DNA of 63,977 bases, the filler included. It is 6 parts of 6 records of this genome, joined end to end, with 100 filler letters (N's around TTAATTAATTAA, not from the genome) between each part and the next. Parts side by side here need not be neighbours in the genome. Positions count along the whole stretch, not along the records: positions 29,032 to 50,740 come from SRR31156797_8573; 5 more parts are not named here. The stretch is one strand, 5' to 3'. Of the stretch, positions 30,533-40,669 are shown piece by piece. The translations under genes and the position numbers were made by a program. How positions within the stretch are numbered: the first letter of the stretch is position 1; every line of letters begins with the position of its first letter. The notes beneath the pieces are model-generated. The model searched no databases, was not told the DNA's origin, and saw only the letters and a program-made list of their open reading frames with translations.

Positions 30533-31491
30533 GGTACACGTTCTCCGAACTCGATAGCGGACTTTCGGTTGAACCGCAGATAGACAGCGCTGTTCGTTAT
30601 GCCGGCTGTGGTGTTGGGCAGCTCCGCCCCCTGCCCATTCAGTAGCCTGGGTGTGGACACCAGGTTCCCCTCGGCGTCCAGGAACGGCCGGTGTACTACA
30701 TCCCCCTCTATGTTTTTCCAGTGATAAAATCCGGCGTCCAGGATGTCGGTTTTCCAGCCGCGTTCCTCCATGTTGAACGCGATCTCCCACCGCTCGTTCC
30801 AGAACTGGACAGAATGAAAATAATCGTTCGATGCTGTCACGTTTCGGATGATTGCGTGCCCTGGATCCGCTCCACGGTACACGTCGGAATTAACCTTGTT
30901 TTTCAACTGGAGTGCTTCCAGAGGATCGTAGGTCAGGACTGCGCGTTCAATGTGGAGAACCGGCAGGAACGATTCCTCCATAATCGGCTCATCGAACGGA
31001 TCCCCCGCACTGTTCAGGATCGGGATCCTGGGAAGATCATTCGGATCCGTCACTACTGTCCCGTTTGCAGTGCCGCCGACAACTTCGACACTCAGAGCCC
31101 CTTGGACCGCCTTTTCTTCCGTCAGGTAATCCCAGCTGTACCTGGGTGGCTCCAGCCAGGGCGCCATGTCCAGGACCTCCGCCGGCGGATTCAAATCCCT
31201 GGGCCGGATCGAATATTCAACCGTGACCTCCCACAGGGTCCGATCGTGCTTCACCTGGTCCACCTGGACGTCTACCACTGGTGCCTGGGTTTCGTGGTGC
31301 AGGCAGTATTCAGGATGCCGATAGAAATCCAGCGTCACGGACCCTGGGCCCGGTGGGATCCACGCATTAAAGGATCCGGTGTCTGTGTAGTAGTGGAACA
31401 AGAAAATCCGGGTGTTGGACCAGCCCCCGCTGTTCAGGGATCCGCCGCCGCCCTTCTTTTCCTTGATGACAAGCTGTGCATCATATGCCAT
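30529..31491 (-). CDS. Putative distal tail/baseplate hub protein
   Basis: Immediately after the tape measure; beta-rich with WEVTVEY and ILNSAGDPFD. Confidence 0.55.
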   Translation of the reverse strand: MAYDAQLVIKEKKGGGGSLNSGGWSNTRIFLFHYYTDTGSFNAWIPPGPGSVTLDFYRHPEYCLHHETQAPVVDVQVDQVKHDRTLWEVTVEYSIRPRDLNPPAEVLDMAPWLEPPRYSWDYLTEEKAVQGALSVEVVGGTANGTVVTDPNDLPRIPILNSAGDPFDEPIMEESFLPVLHIERAVLTYDPLEALQLKNKVNSDVYRGADPGHAIIRNVTASNDYFHSVQFWNERWEIAFNMEERGWKTDILDAGFYHWKNIEGDVVHRPFLDAEGNLVSTPRLLNGQGAELPNTTAGITNSAVYLRFNRKSAIEFGERVP

Positions 31492-31493
31492 GG

Positions 31494-32882
31494 TTAGACA
31501 CTCACCGTTTCAGGTTGCAGATTGTTTTCCACTCTCCGCATGATCGCGGCGATCCGCTCGAATAGCCGGGTCTGTTTCTTGTTTTCACTCAACAGCTTGG
31601 CGTCCCCGCTTTGACTGTCCCGCATGATCCGCCAGGCCGCTTCTGATCCGGATGTAGCCAGGGCGGCCCGCTCCGTCATGCTGATTTCCTGGCCGGCTTC
31701 CTTGACCTGGTCCAGGACGGGCTGGATCTGCTTTTCAACAGCGGCGGCGGTTGCCTCGGCGGTCTGTTCCACCTGGCGAACCGCGGACCGGTATTGATTT
31801 ATTGTCCGATCCACCTGGCCAGACATGATTCGATCGAACTTCTGACCGGTCGCCACGAATGACTGGACCCCCTCGTCCACCATGGCGTCCCCCAGGATCC
31901 CCACGAAATCACTCTTGAACTCAACACCGAACTTTTCGAGAACCCAGGAAACCCCGTCAATGAGTTTCTGGATTCCCTTCAGGATGTTCCCCATGATCGT
32001 GGCAACCAGGCCGCGGATCCCAGACCAGGCCATGGAAATCCCGTTGAACAGTGCGGCGACCGGTGCCGCATAGTCCAGGATCGTATCGAATGCGTTGCTG
32101 ATGATCTGGCCGAAATTAAATCCCTCAGACCCGGCGTTCCGGATCCAGTCCGTCATGACGGTAATGTGCGGGGCCATTTCAACGGCGATCTTATCGATGA
32201 CCCCCTTGATCACCGCCTGCAGGTTGGCGATCGCATCGTTGGCCATTTCGACCTGGGCCGCGTCAACGCGGGAGATAGCCAGGCCCGTGGCCTGGAACCC
32301 CTTCTCCACGTCGTCCAGGCCCGCCTTGCCCATCTTCAGCATGTTGACCAGGCCCACGCCTTCAGAATCGAATAGCGCAAACGCCAGGCGGACGCGGTCG
32401 CTCTGGCTGGCTACCCCGTTCATCTTCTCGGCGATCGCGGCGAACTGTTGATCTGGTGACAACCGTTTCAGGTTCTCGATGTTCAGACCCATTTCTTTCA
32501 GCGCCGGCGCGGCGGTTCCCTTGCCGGTTGCTCCGACCTCCGAAATCCGGCGGACCATTCGTTGCAGCGCGGTGCTGAAGTTATCCCCGGACACCCCGGA
32601 CAGCTCCGCCGCGTGGCGGTATGCCTGGAGTTTATTCGTAGCAATGCCCAACTTGTCCGCGGTCTTTGCCAGGGAATCGATCGTCCCCATGGAGTTGCGA
32701 ACCAGGACCGCCATTCCGGCAGCTGCCGCACCGGCGAAGACTCCAGCCGCTTTTCCCAGGGACTTGAACCGTTTCCCGATTTTATCAAGCCGCTTTCGTA
32801 GCTTCCGCAGGGCCTTCAGGAACGGTGACACTCTGGCCACCACACCAACCGATATTTTGCTGTACAGGCTCTTACTGGCCAT
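31494..32882 (-). CDS. Tail tape measure protein (462 aa)
   Basis: Ala/Gly-rich helical sequence, IDSLAKTADKLGI..AAELSG; follows tail chaperones. Confidence 0.85.
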   Translation of the reverse strand: MASKSLYSKISVGVVARVSPFLKALRKLRKRLDKIGKRFKSLGKAAGVFAGAAAAGMAVLVRNSMGTIDSLAKTADKLGIATNKLQAYRHAAELSGVSGDNFSTALQRMVRRISEVGATGKGTAAPALKEMGLNIENLKRLSPDQQFAAIAEKMNGVASQSDRVRLAFALFDSEGVGLVNMLKMGKAGLDDVEKGFQATGLAISRVDAAQVEMANDAIANLQAVIKGVIDKIAVEMAPHITVMTDWIRNAGSEGFNFGQIISNAFDTILDYAAPVAALFNGISMAWSGIRGLVATIMGNILKGIQKLIDGVSWVLEKFGVEFKSDFVGILGDAMVDEGVQSFVATGQKFDRIMSGQVDRTINQYRSAVRQVEQTAEATAAAVEKQIQPVLDQVKEAGQEISMTERAALATSGSEAAWRIMRDSQSGDAKLLSENKKQTRLFERIAAIMRRVENNLQPETVSV

Positions 32883-33189
32883 TTCGTCGGTCTCCGTGTT
32901 TCGACATAGACGCCAGGATCGAAAAGTGATCCGATGATGTCTGTTCGACCGGATCCCCCAGGCTGGGGAACAGCTCGGACGGATCCATCTTTACACCCAG
33001 GGCACTGCAGACGATCGAACACAGAACGGCGAACCGCAGATCCTGGGCAAAGGGGCCGAATGGTTCCGTTGCAGCAAACACCCTGTATTCAGTCAGAACA
33101 GTCCAGGGGATCCGCTCACCCAGCTCGTTCACAGGGATCCCCAGGGCCAGGCTCAGGCGGACCAGGTCCCGCCTGGCCGGGTTCTCTAG
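32872..33189 (-). CDS. Tail assembly chaperone -1 frameshift extension (gpT-like)
   Basis: -1 frame is open from the slippery site: LENPARRDLVRLSLALGIPVNELGERI..EPFG..DLRFAVLCS. Confidence 0.8.
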   Translation of the reverse strand, partial: LENPARRDLVRLSLALGIPVNELGERIPWTVLTEYRVFAATEPFGPFAQDLRFAVLCSIVCSALGVKMDPSELFPSLGDPVEQTSSDHFSILASMSKHGDRRNGQ

Positions 33190-33524
33190 TTTTTTTCCGC
33201 GTCGTCCGCGTCGTCCAGGTTGATACCCGAATGCTCCAGGATGGCGGTGGCTACTCTCAGAACTACGTCAAAGTTTTTCTTGGCGATCTCGACATGATCC
33301 TCATCAGTGAACAGTCGTTTCCCATCGGAATCGCACAGGGAAAATGCCACAACTCGCTGGAACATCGAACATCGGTCCGCCTTTGGATTCTCTGCCAGGG
33401 AAACAACGATCGTGCCCTGTGCTGCGGTCAGGTTGCGGTAGTGAATATCTCCGCCCCACTCTGGGACGTTGATGGTCTTCACCTGAAAGTCCCGACTTTT
33501 CAGAATATCATCTTTCGTCAGCAT
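33186..33524 (-). CDS. Tail assembly chaperone (gpG-like)
   Basis: MLTKDDIL..VPEWGG..LCDSDGKRLFTDED; ends AEKN on GAA AAA AAC TAG. Confidence 0.85.
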   Translation of the reverse strand: MLTKDDILKSRDFQVKTINVPEWGGDIHYRNLTAAQGTIVVSLAENPKADRCSMFQRVVAFSLCDSDGKRLFTDEDHVEIAKKNFDVVLRVATAILEHSGINLDDADDAEKN

Positions 33525-33541
33525 TTAATTCGTTCCTTTCG

Positions 33542-34027
33542 TTATACGACGTGAATCAGGTCCTCGGTTCCATCGAACGTACTGGGGACAATCTTCACCG
33601 TTACTTCCTTGCCGACCTTGCTGTTTCGTTGCCAGCCCCCGATCTGGTCGGAGTTGATCAGGGCTTTGAATATCGCGGCCTTACTGGTTTCGGATCCGGT
33701 GTCGTCGGGATCCGGACACGTGATTTTGAACCACAATTTCTTTCCAACGTTTTGCCACAGCAACGCCTGCCCCGTTGGGACCGCCGCCCCCAGATCAGAG
33801 TTGTCCCAGTCCAGAGTTATGGTGACCTCGGATCCTTCAGGGACACCGTCCGAATCAAAGTCCGCGAACTCATCGGCCAGATTCGTAATGTCGTAATTCT
33901 CCGCGCTCTTGCCGACAGGGCCGATTTCCTTCACATAGGCCACCGCATCGGCGGTGAATGTCGGGTCCGTAGCTCCGATCGTTTCGATCTTCAGGGTCGT
34001 CCGCGCCCCTGGTACTTTCTTTGCCAT
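33542..34027 (-). CDS. Major tail tube protein
   Basis: Lies between tail completion and chaperone; VKEIGPVG..YDITNL..VTITLDW..FKITCPD. Confidence 0.75.
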   Translation of the reverse strand: MAKKVPGARTTLKIETIGATDPTFTADAVAYVKEIGPVGKSAENYDITNLADEFADFDSDGVPEGSEVTITLDWDNSDLGAAVPTGQALLWQNVGKKLWFKITCPDPDDTGSETSKAAIFKALINSDQIGGWQRNSKVGKEVTVKIVPSTFDGTEDLIHVV

Positions 34028-34029
34028 GA

Positions 34030-34458
34030 TCAAGTCTCCTGGTATTGGATTTCAAAGGTGGTGGTAAAACCGAACCGCGGCACGTCTTTCCCGTCCGGGA
34101 AAAACACCGGTTCGTCCGCCGCATTTGTTGGAGCGCAGCGGTGTACTATCAAATTATCCCCGTCGATCGTTTCCCGTCCGACAGCCCCAGCCAGGGCGGC
34201 CTGGATCTTTGCGGCCAGGTTGCGGGCCTCGCCGTGGGTTTCCCCCCAGGCGGTAACCTCGACATTCACCGCGTCCTCGGTGGCCGGTGCGGCGTCCAGA
34301 TCGTCGTCATACTCGGTGGACTGCCGGCGGTAGGTCACGAACGGATAGGGCGTGTCCTGGTTCGCAACAATCGGATAGACACGTGTGGGGTCTGAACCGA
34401 TCAGCGCGGTGACCGCACTGGTGGTACTCAGCTTTTTAAAAATCCATCGTTCAATCAT
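34030..34458 (-). CDS. Tail completion/terminator protein (DUF3168-like)
   Basis: VTALIG..RVYPIVA..PYPFVTYRR. Confidence 0.8.
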   Translation of the reverse strand: MIERWIFKKLSTTSAVTALIGSDPTRVYPIVANQDTPYPFVTYRRQSTEYDDDLDAAPATEDAVNVEVTAWGETHGEARNLAAKIQAALAGAVGRETIDGDNLIVHRCAPTNAADEPVFFPDGKDVPRFGFTTTFEIQYQET

Positions 34459-34868
34459 TTTCCGTGGATCCGTTTCAACACCTCACGCTGTAGGGTGGTC
34501 TTCACTTGGCTTTCTGCCGACCGGGTAGCGGACCAGAAGACGTTGGCGCCGGGGATCCGCTTTTTCGTGATCCAGTGAATGAATCCCTGGTCCCAGATCC
34601 ATCCGTGGAAGCCCTTGAACTTTTTCGACATGCGGGGCCCCACGATCGTCAGCGCGGCGTCCGTGACGCCCGCGTCCTTGTATGCCTTGGACTTTTTCCC
34701 GATCGATTTTTTGAGGTTCCCTGTCCGTACCGGGATCATGGGCGTGATCGCCTTTTTCAATGGCGTGGCCGCCTTGTTCGTCGCGGACTTCAGGGCCTTA
34801 TCATCGACCCGGCCGATCAGCTTCATGATGTCGCGGTCCAGGTCTTTTGAATCCCAGGTCACTTTCAC
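34455..34868 (-). CDS. HK97 gp10-family neck protein
   Basis: Basic; PVRTGNLKKSI motif. Confidence 0.8.
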   Translation of the reverse strand: MKVTWDSKDLDRDIMKLIGRVDDKALKSATNKAATPLKKAITPMIPVRTGNLKKSIGKKSKAYKDAGVTDAALTIVGPRMSKKFKGFHGWIWDQGFIHWITKKRIPGANVFWSATRSAESQVKTTLQREVLKRIHGK

Positions 34869-35215
34869 TGGGTCACCTCCTGACAGTTCATGATCAGAAT
34901 CTGATCCTTTTCGTAGAGCTTCCGAACGGACACGATTTCCAGGATCCTGGATCCGTACTTGATCCGGTCATTGGCCACGATATAGGTCCCGCTGGGGACC
35001 GCCTCGAAATGAGTAGGCACCCGAACGGTGATTTCATGGCTCACGATCGGCGTGGTGGTGTCACCGGCGTGGGTTTCCTGGCCGGCTGTGGGGCGGATCT
35101 CCGCCCACAGCTCGCCCAGCTCGCTCCACTCGCCGGTTACTTCACCATAGCTGTTCTGTTCCGGGAAAATCTGCCGTTCGATGGCAATCCGTTTTTTCAA
35201 TCGTCCAATGTTCAT
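34865..35215 (-). CDS. Head closure protein (SPP1 gp16-like)
   Basis: MNIGRLKKRIAIER..NSYGE..W..WAEIRPTAGQE..DRIKYGSRILEI. Confidence 0.85.
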   Translation of the reverse strand: MNIGRLKKRIAIERQIFPEQNSYGEVTGEWSELGELWAEIRPTAGQETHAGDTTTPIVSHEITVRVPTHFEAVPSGTYIVANDRIKYGSRILEIVSVRKLYEKDQILIMNCQEVTQ

Positions 35216-35433
35216 GGTTGCTTTTCGATCAAGGAATCCAGTTTCCGCTCCAGGCAATCGACCCGGTCAAGGAACCACTGCGGCGGCGCTGCCTCCTGCA
35301 GGGCCTGGACCTCGAGCGCTCGCAGTCGCTCACCGTGGGACACAACGGTCACGCACGACCATGCGATCAGGGAAGCCCCCACAACCCACAGCGTACTCAT
35401 GATGGCCATGTAGACGTCTTGCCGGTCTTTCAT
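35212..35433 (-). CDS. Small membrane protein with coiled coil (holin/XhlA-like)
   Basis: One hydrophobic segment followed by RLRALE..VDCLERKLDSLI. Confidence 0.5.
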   Translation of the reverse strand: MKDRQDVYMAIMSTLWVVGASLIAWSCVTVVSHGERLRALEVQALQEAAPPQWFLDRVDCLERKLDSLIEKQP

Positions 35434-35435
35434 AA

Positions 35436-35651
35436 CTAGGTCCCCGTTGATACGGACAGAAGGCCGCTGTTGTTCCACAGTGCGCCCTCGACTCCTGGAT
35501 CCGATGTCGGCAGACCGGTAGCCACCAGATCGTCCCCTGTTCGGGTCAGCGTGATGTCCCCGGCCTGAATCGTTCCTCCATCATGGAGAGTCAGGGTGTC
35601 GCCCCCGTCCGTTTTCGCAATTTTACAGTTGTGTTCTGACACGTGGTTCAC
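35436..35651 (-). CDS. Small virion protein, possibly head fibre/decoration
   Basis: Directly after the capsid gene; C-terminal LPTSDPGVEGALWNNSGLLSVS; GGAG RBS. Confidence 0.55.
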   Translation of the reverse strand: MNHVSEHNCKIAKTDGGDTLTLHDGGTIQAGDITLTRTGDDLVATGLPTSDPGVEGALWNNSGLLSVSTGT

Positions 35652-35708
35652 TCCGTTGTTATGGTTGTGCCCCTGGCCCGTGGACCAGGGGCGGTTCTGG
35701 TTTCATGA

Positions 35709-36938
35709 TCAGGATGCGGCCATCTTCAAACGGACAAAGCCATTCTTGTCCGCGGCTTCACAGTCGAACTCAGCGCGGAAGATGTAACCGGTCGAATTGG
35801 ATTCGGCATACAGTTCATGCAGAACCTGCAGCGCGAAGTCCTGCCAGAGTGCCACGATCATTTCGGCCGGATCGAAGAATGCGCCGACATACAGTCCGGC
35901 GGTCATGGTGTTGGGGACCTGGCTGGACCGATAGACCGGGTGGCCCAGCAGCTCGTTGCCGACTTTGGCCATCATGGACGGATTCACCAGGTACTGGCCA
36001 TCCCCGTCCTTGAGCGTGATGATCTTTTTCCACGTGTCCTTGTGGAATGCCCAGAGTGCACCCTCCAGGAACTCATCCTCCAGATCCGCCTCCGCTTCAC
36101 GCAGCGTGTCCGCGTCCACGGCGTTGGTGGCGGTGAACGCTATATCCCGCGAGGTGGGCAAGATCGTAGTTTCGCCAAAGATGCCGCAGGGCTGGGAACT
36201 GTTCGTGCCATTGAACAGATAGTATTCCATTCTTTTGCGGAACTTCTTGGCGATCACGCGAATCAGCTCGGACTCAATCCCGATCGCGGTATTGCGAATC
36301 AGCGTATTAGACAGCTTCAGCCTTGAGGCAATAGGAATCGGTTCCAGCTTCATCTGGCCGAACTCGGCGGCCCCTTCGGATCCGGTCCCGGTTTCGGTCG
36401 TGATCGTCGGGTCGTCCGGCTCGTCGGTCAGTCGCGGGATTTCCAGCGCGTTGTGCCCGGTCAAGTCGTACCGGGTCACCTTGTCCAAAAGGGTGAACTT
36501 CTGAACCAGGTTCGTGAGCAGCTTGGCCACGAACTGGGTGGGACAGGTGTAACCGCCAAGGGTGGTGGTCCCGGCAACCAGCGTCGTCCGGACTTCGCCG
36601 GTTCCGGCGTAGTGATTGAAATCGGTGCGGTATTCTTCGGATCCCTGGGGATCATCGTTGGACGTTTCGCGGGTTTCTGTCGATTGCATGGCTTGGCCGG
36701 CCTGGCGGGCCCGGTCTTCCAGGTTCTCCAGGTTGGCCATGGTTTCGGTGATGATCTCATTGCGCCGCTGGTCCTCGATCTGATCGTCCAGACGGTTGAT
36801 CTCGTCCAGCATGTCGTCCACCTGTTTGCGTTCCTCGGCAGACGTGGAACGCTTTTCGGCTTGCGCCTTGTCCATGATCGCCTGGCTATCCGCCAGCAGC
36901 TTGGCCTTGCGTTCCTGCATTTCCTTGACTGTTTTCAT
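35709..36938 (-). CDS. HK97-fold major capsid protein
   Basis: N-terminal coiled-coil delta domain, GGYTCPTQF, FNGTNSSQPCGI, LKDGDGQYL, LLGHPV. Confidence 0.93.
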   Translation of the reverse strand: MKTVKEMQERKAKLLADSQAIMDKAQAEKRSTSAEERKQVDDMLDEINRLDDQIEDQRRNEIITETMANLENLEDRARQAGQAMQSTETRETSNDDPQGSEEYRTDFNHYAGTGEVRTTLVAGTTTLGGYTCPTQFVAKLLTNLVQKFTLLDKVTRYDLTGHNALEIPRLTDEPDDPTITTETGTGSEGAAEFGQMKLEPIPIASRLKLSNTLIRNTAIGIESELIRVIAKKFRKRMEYYLFNGTNSSQPCGIFGETTILPTSRDIAFTATNAVDADTLREAEADLEDEFLEGALWAFHKDTWKKIITLKDGDGQYLVNPSMMAKVGNELLGHPVYRSSQVPNTMTAGLYVGAFFDPAEMIVALWQDFALQVLHELYAESNSTGYIFRAEFDCEAADKNGFVRLKMAAS

Positions 36939-36976
36939 GATTCATACTCCTGGTTCTTGTGTTGTTCTCGGTTCAT

Positions 36977-37540
36977 TCAACCCTTTGCAGCAGCGATCCT
37001 CAGTCGGGTCAGCCGCTCCTGGTCCATTGCCGTTTCGTCAGCGATCAGGCTCCGGACTGCTATTTCGGTGTCCTGGTATGCCGGAAACGTGGCAATCGAC
37101 ACCTCGAACAGGGTCACGTCCTGGAGTATGCGCAGGGGCTTGTTGCCGGTGCGGTCCCATGACTCAGAACGGACAGTGAATCCAAAACTCATGGCGTCCA
37201 GATCCCCACGTCGGACACTCTCCAGGACGTCCCAGCCCAGGCTGTTGTTGGGTGGATTGATTTCCACGCGCAGGCCGCGGGTGTCCTCGGTGACGGTCAG
37301 GGTTCCAGCTTTCGCTCGTCCCAGGACCTTGTTGGTGTCGTGGTTCAGCAATGCGCGAACGTCGGGGGATTCGGTCAAGGTGCGCTGAAACGCACCTGGT
37401 AATATCATTTCACGGATCGGGTTTCGGCGGCCCGCTCCGATTGTGGTTTCTGAATTGAACAATGCCGCGTAGCCGATCAGGCGGGGCTTGTCGTCGCTGA
37501 TCGATTCGATTTCCTGCAGGGCGCGATATTCAAGGTTCAT
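36977..37540 (-). CDS. HK97-family prohead protease
   Basis: GYAALFN, ALLNHD, MSFGF, LFEVSIATFPAYQDT. Confidence 0.93.
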   Translation of the reverse strand: MNLEYRALQEIESISDDKPRLIGYAALFNSETTIGAGRRNPIREMILPGAFQRTLTESPDVRALLNHDTNKVLGRAKAGTLTVTEDTRGLRVEINPPNNSLGWDVLESVRRGDLDAMSFGFTVRSESWDRTGNKPLRILQDVTLFEVSIATFPAYQDTEIAVRSLIADETAMDQERLTRLRIAAAKG

Positions 37541-39072
37541 GATAAAACGTCCTCTCTGATTTCTGACCGGATCTCCGTGGCCAGGTCTTTCAGGTTTGCG
37601 GCGTCCTCGATCCGTCGTAGTTGTGCAGACTGGTAATTCCGAACGATTTCCGCCGTGTTGATCTGTTCGCCCAGAGTGGTGCCGTAGGCCATCAGGACAG
37701 GTTCCAGGATCTGTTCACACCGGTTGCGGTGTTCCTCTGCAAAGAACCGCTTGGCCCAGGTGGTGACCTGGTCCCGTGGCCGGCCGGCCATTCGTTCGAT
37801 CCGATCGGCTTCCACGGCCGCCAGGTATTCCAGGGCCTGGCGGATCAGGGGCCGAAAAGCATTCCGCACTTTCTTGTCCTGGTTGTTCGGTTTCGGATCC
37901 GGTTCACCCAGGGTTCCCATGTTCAGGGGTTTGTTGTGTTCGTCCCCACCTTCAACCGGCGGTAGGTTTTCCAGGCGGCGGATCTCGTTGATCGACATGA
38001 TCCCACGATCTGACATTTGTCCGTAATAGTTCGCCCTGGTCGTTGTGTCGCCACGCATTAATGCTGCCGTGGAGAACTCGGCGTAATGGTCTGATTCATC
38101 GGCCAGCAGCTTGGCGCCCGCTTCCTGTTCGAACGCGGTCAGCCAGGGAAGCATGGTGTCTTGAATGAATGACACGTTTTCGCTTTCCAGGTTGCCGTAG
38201 GTCTGGGACTGGGCCCAGTGTTTCAGTTTGTGCGGTTGCAGATTAAACCAGCGGGCTATGTCCTCGATGCTGAACTGCCTCGATTCCAGGAACATGGCGT
38301 CCTTGCCGGAAACCGGAAACGGTTCAAAGTCCACACCGTACTGGGCCACGAAAATCCCGTGTGAGTTATCCACACCGGAATACAATTTGTTGATAGAATC
38401 CCGGACCTTTTTCATCCGTTCATCGTTGAACTTTTCGGGAATGGTCAGCTTGCCGGCTACCGTGGTCCCCTGGTCAAAGTACTTCTTGGAAAACTCCTCG
38501 GTGATGTTTGCCAGGGCAAACGATCGGGCGGCGATCTCCAGCACCGACAGGCCCACAATGCCATCTTCGCTATCACCTTTCACGTGAAACATTTCCCAGG
38601 GCTCGATAGGCACCCGCTCGGCTTTGCGCATTCTCACCAGGTACACCAGGGATCCGTCTTCACGGATCTTCGGTTCCACGTTGTCCGGATGCAGTGGAAT
38701 CAGGGCTTTCAGTTTTCCGCCGTTCGACCGGCCGATCAGGGCGTAGGCGTTGCCGCGTAGCAGCAGCTGCCGGAACAGGTAACGCTTGAACACCGCAGGG
38801 GTCTGGTAATCATTCGGGCGGTCGTGGAGGATCGCATAGACTTCATGACCCAGGGCCCGTTCTCTGGCTTCCTTTTCCTGGCGGACATACACGTGAATCG
38901 GCATAGTAGCAGCCGCGCCGGCGATCACAGAAACAGCGCAATGGACTGCAGAAAGATTCTGCGCGGCGGTGTCGGCCCGCGTGCCGTTGACCAGCTGCAC
39001 CTGGCCGGTGGACTGATCCATGTACCAGTTGCGGGTCCGCGTAGCTATCCAGTGTTTCAGTCGATTCAGCAT
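37537..39072 (-). CDS. HK97-family portal protein with C-terminal extension
   Basis: SAVHCAVSVIA, LLRGNAY, DGIVGLS, FLESRQF, MSINEIRRLENLPPVEGGD. Confidence 0.93.
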   Translation of the reverse strand: MLNRLKHWIATRTRNWYMDQSTGQVQLVNGTRADTAAQNLSAVHCAVSVIAGAAATMPIHVYVRQEKEARERALGHEVYAILHDRPNDYQTPAVFKRYLFRQLLLRGNAYALIGRSNGGKLKALIPLHPDNVEPKIREDGSLVYLVRMRKAERVPIEPWEMFHVKGDSEDGIVGLSVLEIAARSFALANITEEFSKKYFDQGTTVAGKLTIPEKFNDERMKKVRDSINKLYSGVDNSHGIFVAQYGVDFEPFPVSGKDAMFLESRQFSIEDIARWFNLQPHKLKHWAQSQTYGNLESENVSFIQDTMLPWLTAFEQEAGAKLLADESDHYAEFSTAALMRGDTTTRANYYGQMSDRGIMSINEIRRLENLPPVEGGDEHNKPLNMGTLGEPDPKPNNQDKKVRNAFRPLIRQALEYLAAVEADRIERMAGRPRDQVTTWAKRFFAEEHRNRCEQILEPVLMAYGTTLGEQINTAEIVRNYQSAQLRRIEDAANLKDLATEIRSEIREDVLS

Positions 39073-39079
39073 TTTTCAC

Positions 39080-40669
39080 CTACCACATAACCAGGCCATC
39101 ATCGTCGTAAATCGTCTCGTCCGGGTCGCCCTCGTCGTCGTCCAGCTGTAACCTGGACATGGCGGTCACCAGGGCGGAAATACCATCGATCCGATCCCTG
39201 GCCCGTTTCTTGTCGGGCTTGATGTTTTCGTGTTCGTCTTCCTTCACCACCACGTTTGATGCACACCAGCGGAGAACCGGGTGTCCACCGTGGCGGAGTT
39301 GTTTGGACTTCACAGCCCGTTCCAGCTCTTTGCAGGGGCTATTCATGGACAGGTAACCCTGGCGGACAAACACCACTTCCAGGCCCGCCTTGGTGAACCG
39401 ATTCTCCAGGCTCTTGGCGTTGGCCGGATCCATGGCGACCTGGGAGACGTTGTACTGGTCGGCCAGCTCCATAACCCGCTTGTAGATAAAGTCATAATCC
39501 ACGGTTGGGCCTGGTGTCGGCTCAACGAATCCCTGATCTGCCCACGCCTGGAATGGCGCCTTATCCTGTTTGTCCCGGTTCACCAGGGTGGTTTCGGGGA
39601 TCCAGAAATATGGTGACATGGAATAGAACCCGTCCTGATTGCGGGTCAGCATGACCAGGGCGGTCAAATCGTTGACACTCGACAAGTCGATCCCCAGGTA
39701 GGTCGGGCCATCATCGTGGATCGGGTTGTCCGTTCCGGTGTTCCAGTCGTCCATGGACAGCCAGGCACTGGCGGCCTCCACGAACTCATTCAGATAAAGG
39801 GTTCTGAACTTCAGCGCGAACCGTGGATTGTTCAGCGCCTTTTTATATTCCCGCTCCAGGTAATCCCAGGTAACAGACACACCCAGATTCGGGTTGGCCG
39901 CTTCCCAGGCTTTTCGGTTGTGCCAATCCAGGTCCTTGGGTTTCTCATAGATGACAGGCAAGTATTGCGGGTCCTCGATGACCCCGTCCCTCACCTTGCA
40001 GGCATAATCATAGATTTCCATTAACGGCGATTCGGGCCCGACCTGGCCCGCCGTGGAAATGTAAATGGTCAGGGGTTGAACTCGAGCGCCGGCGCCGGTG
40101 ATCAGGGCGTCGATGAACTCCATGTCCTTGTGGGCCAGCAGCTCATCGATCACCGATGTCGATGGGTTCAGCCCGTAGGTAGTGTTGGAATCTGCGGCCA
40201 GACAGGTAAACGTGGAATTGCTTTTCGGCACTTCCATGTCGTAGTTTCGGACAATGATCCTTTTGTCCAGGTCCCGATCGGCGTGGACCATTTCCTTCGC
40301 CTGTTTATAGATGATCCTGGCTTGTTTTCGTGCCGATGCGGCCGCGTACACCTCCGCACCGACTTCCCGATCGGCGACCAATCCCTTCAACGCGATCCCG
40401 GATCCGAATGTTGACTTTCCGTTTTTCCGTGGGATGAATACCAGGCCCTCGCGGTATCGTCGGTTTCCATTTTCGTCCACCCACCCATACACGACATGGA
40501 CAATATCCCGCTGCCAGGGTTCCAGGACGAACGGCTGGCCGGCTACTTTTCCTTTTGTGTGGTGAAGGTGCCGAGAAAAGAACAGCTCCGCGTCCTTGGC
40601 TTTCTTCTCATCGAAGTGATAACCAGCCGCGTCACGCGTTGGATCGTATCCCTGGATGTCGGTGATCAA
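39080..40669 (-). CDS. Terminase large subunit
   Basis: LEPWQ, Walker A IPRKNGKS, VIDEL, ISTAG, GIDLS..DLTA, RIDGISA; TTG start coupled to the small-subunit stop. Confidence 0.95.
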   Translation of the reverse strand: MITDIQGYDPTRDAAGYHFDEKKAKDAELFFSRHLHHTKGKVAGQPFVLEPWQRDIVHVVYGWVDENGNRRYREGLVFIPRKNGKSTFGSGIALKGLVADREVGAEVYAAASARKQARIIYKQAKEMVHADRDLDKRIIVRNYDMEVPKSNSTFTCLAADSNTTYGLNPSTSVIDELLAHKDMEFIDALITGAGARVQPLTIYISTAGQVGPESPLMEIYDYACKVRDGVIEDPQYLPVIYEKPKDLDWHNRKAWEAANPNLGVSVTWDYLEREYKKALNNPRFALKFRTLYLNEFVEAASAWLSMDDWNTGTDNPIHDDGPTYLGIDLSSVNDLTALVMLTRNQDGFYSMSPYFWIPETTLVNRDKQDKAPFQAWADQGFVEPTPGPTVDYDFIYKRVMELADQYNVSQVAMDPANAKSLENRFTKAGLEVVFVRQGYLSMNSPCKELERAVKSKQLRHGGHPVLRWCASNVVVKEDEHENIKPDKKRARDRIDGISALVTAMSRLQLDDDEGDPDETIYDDDGLVMW

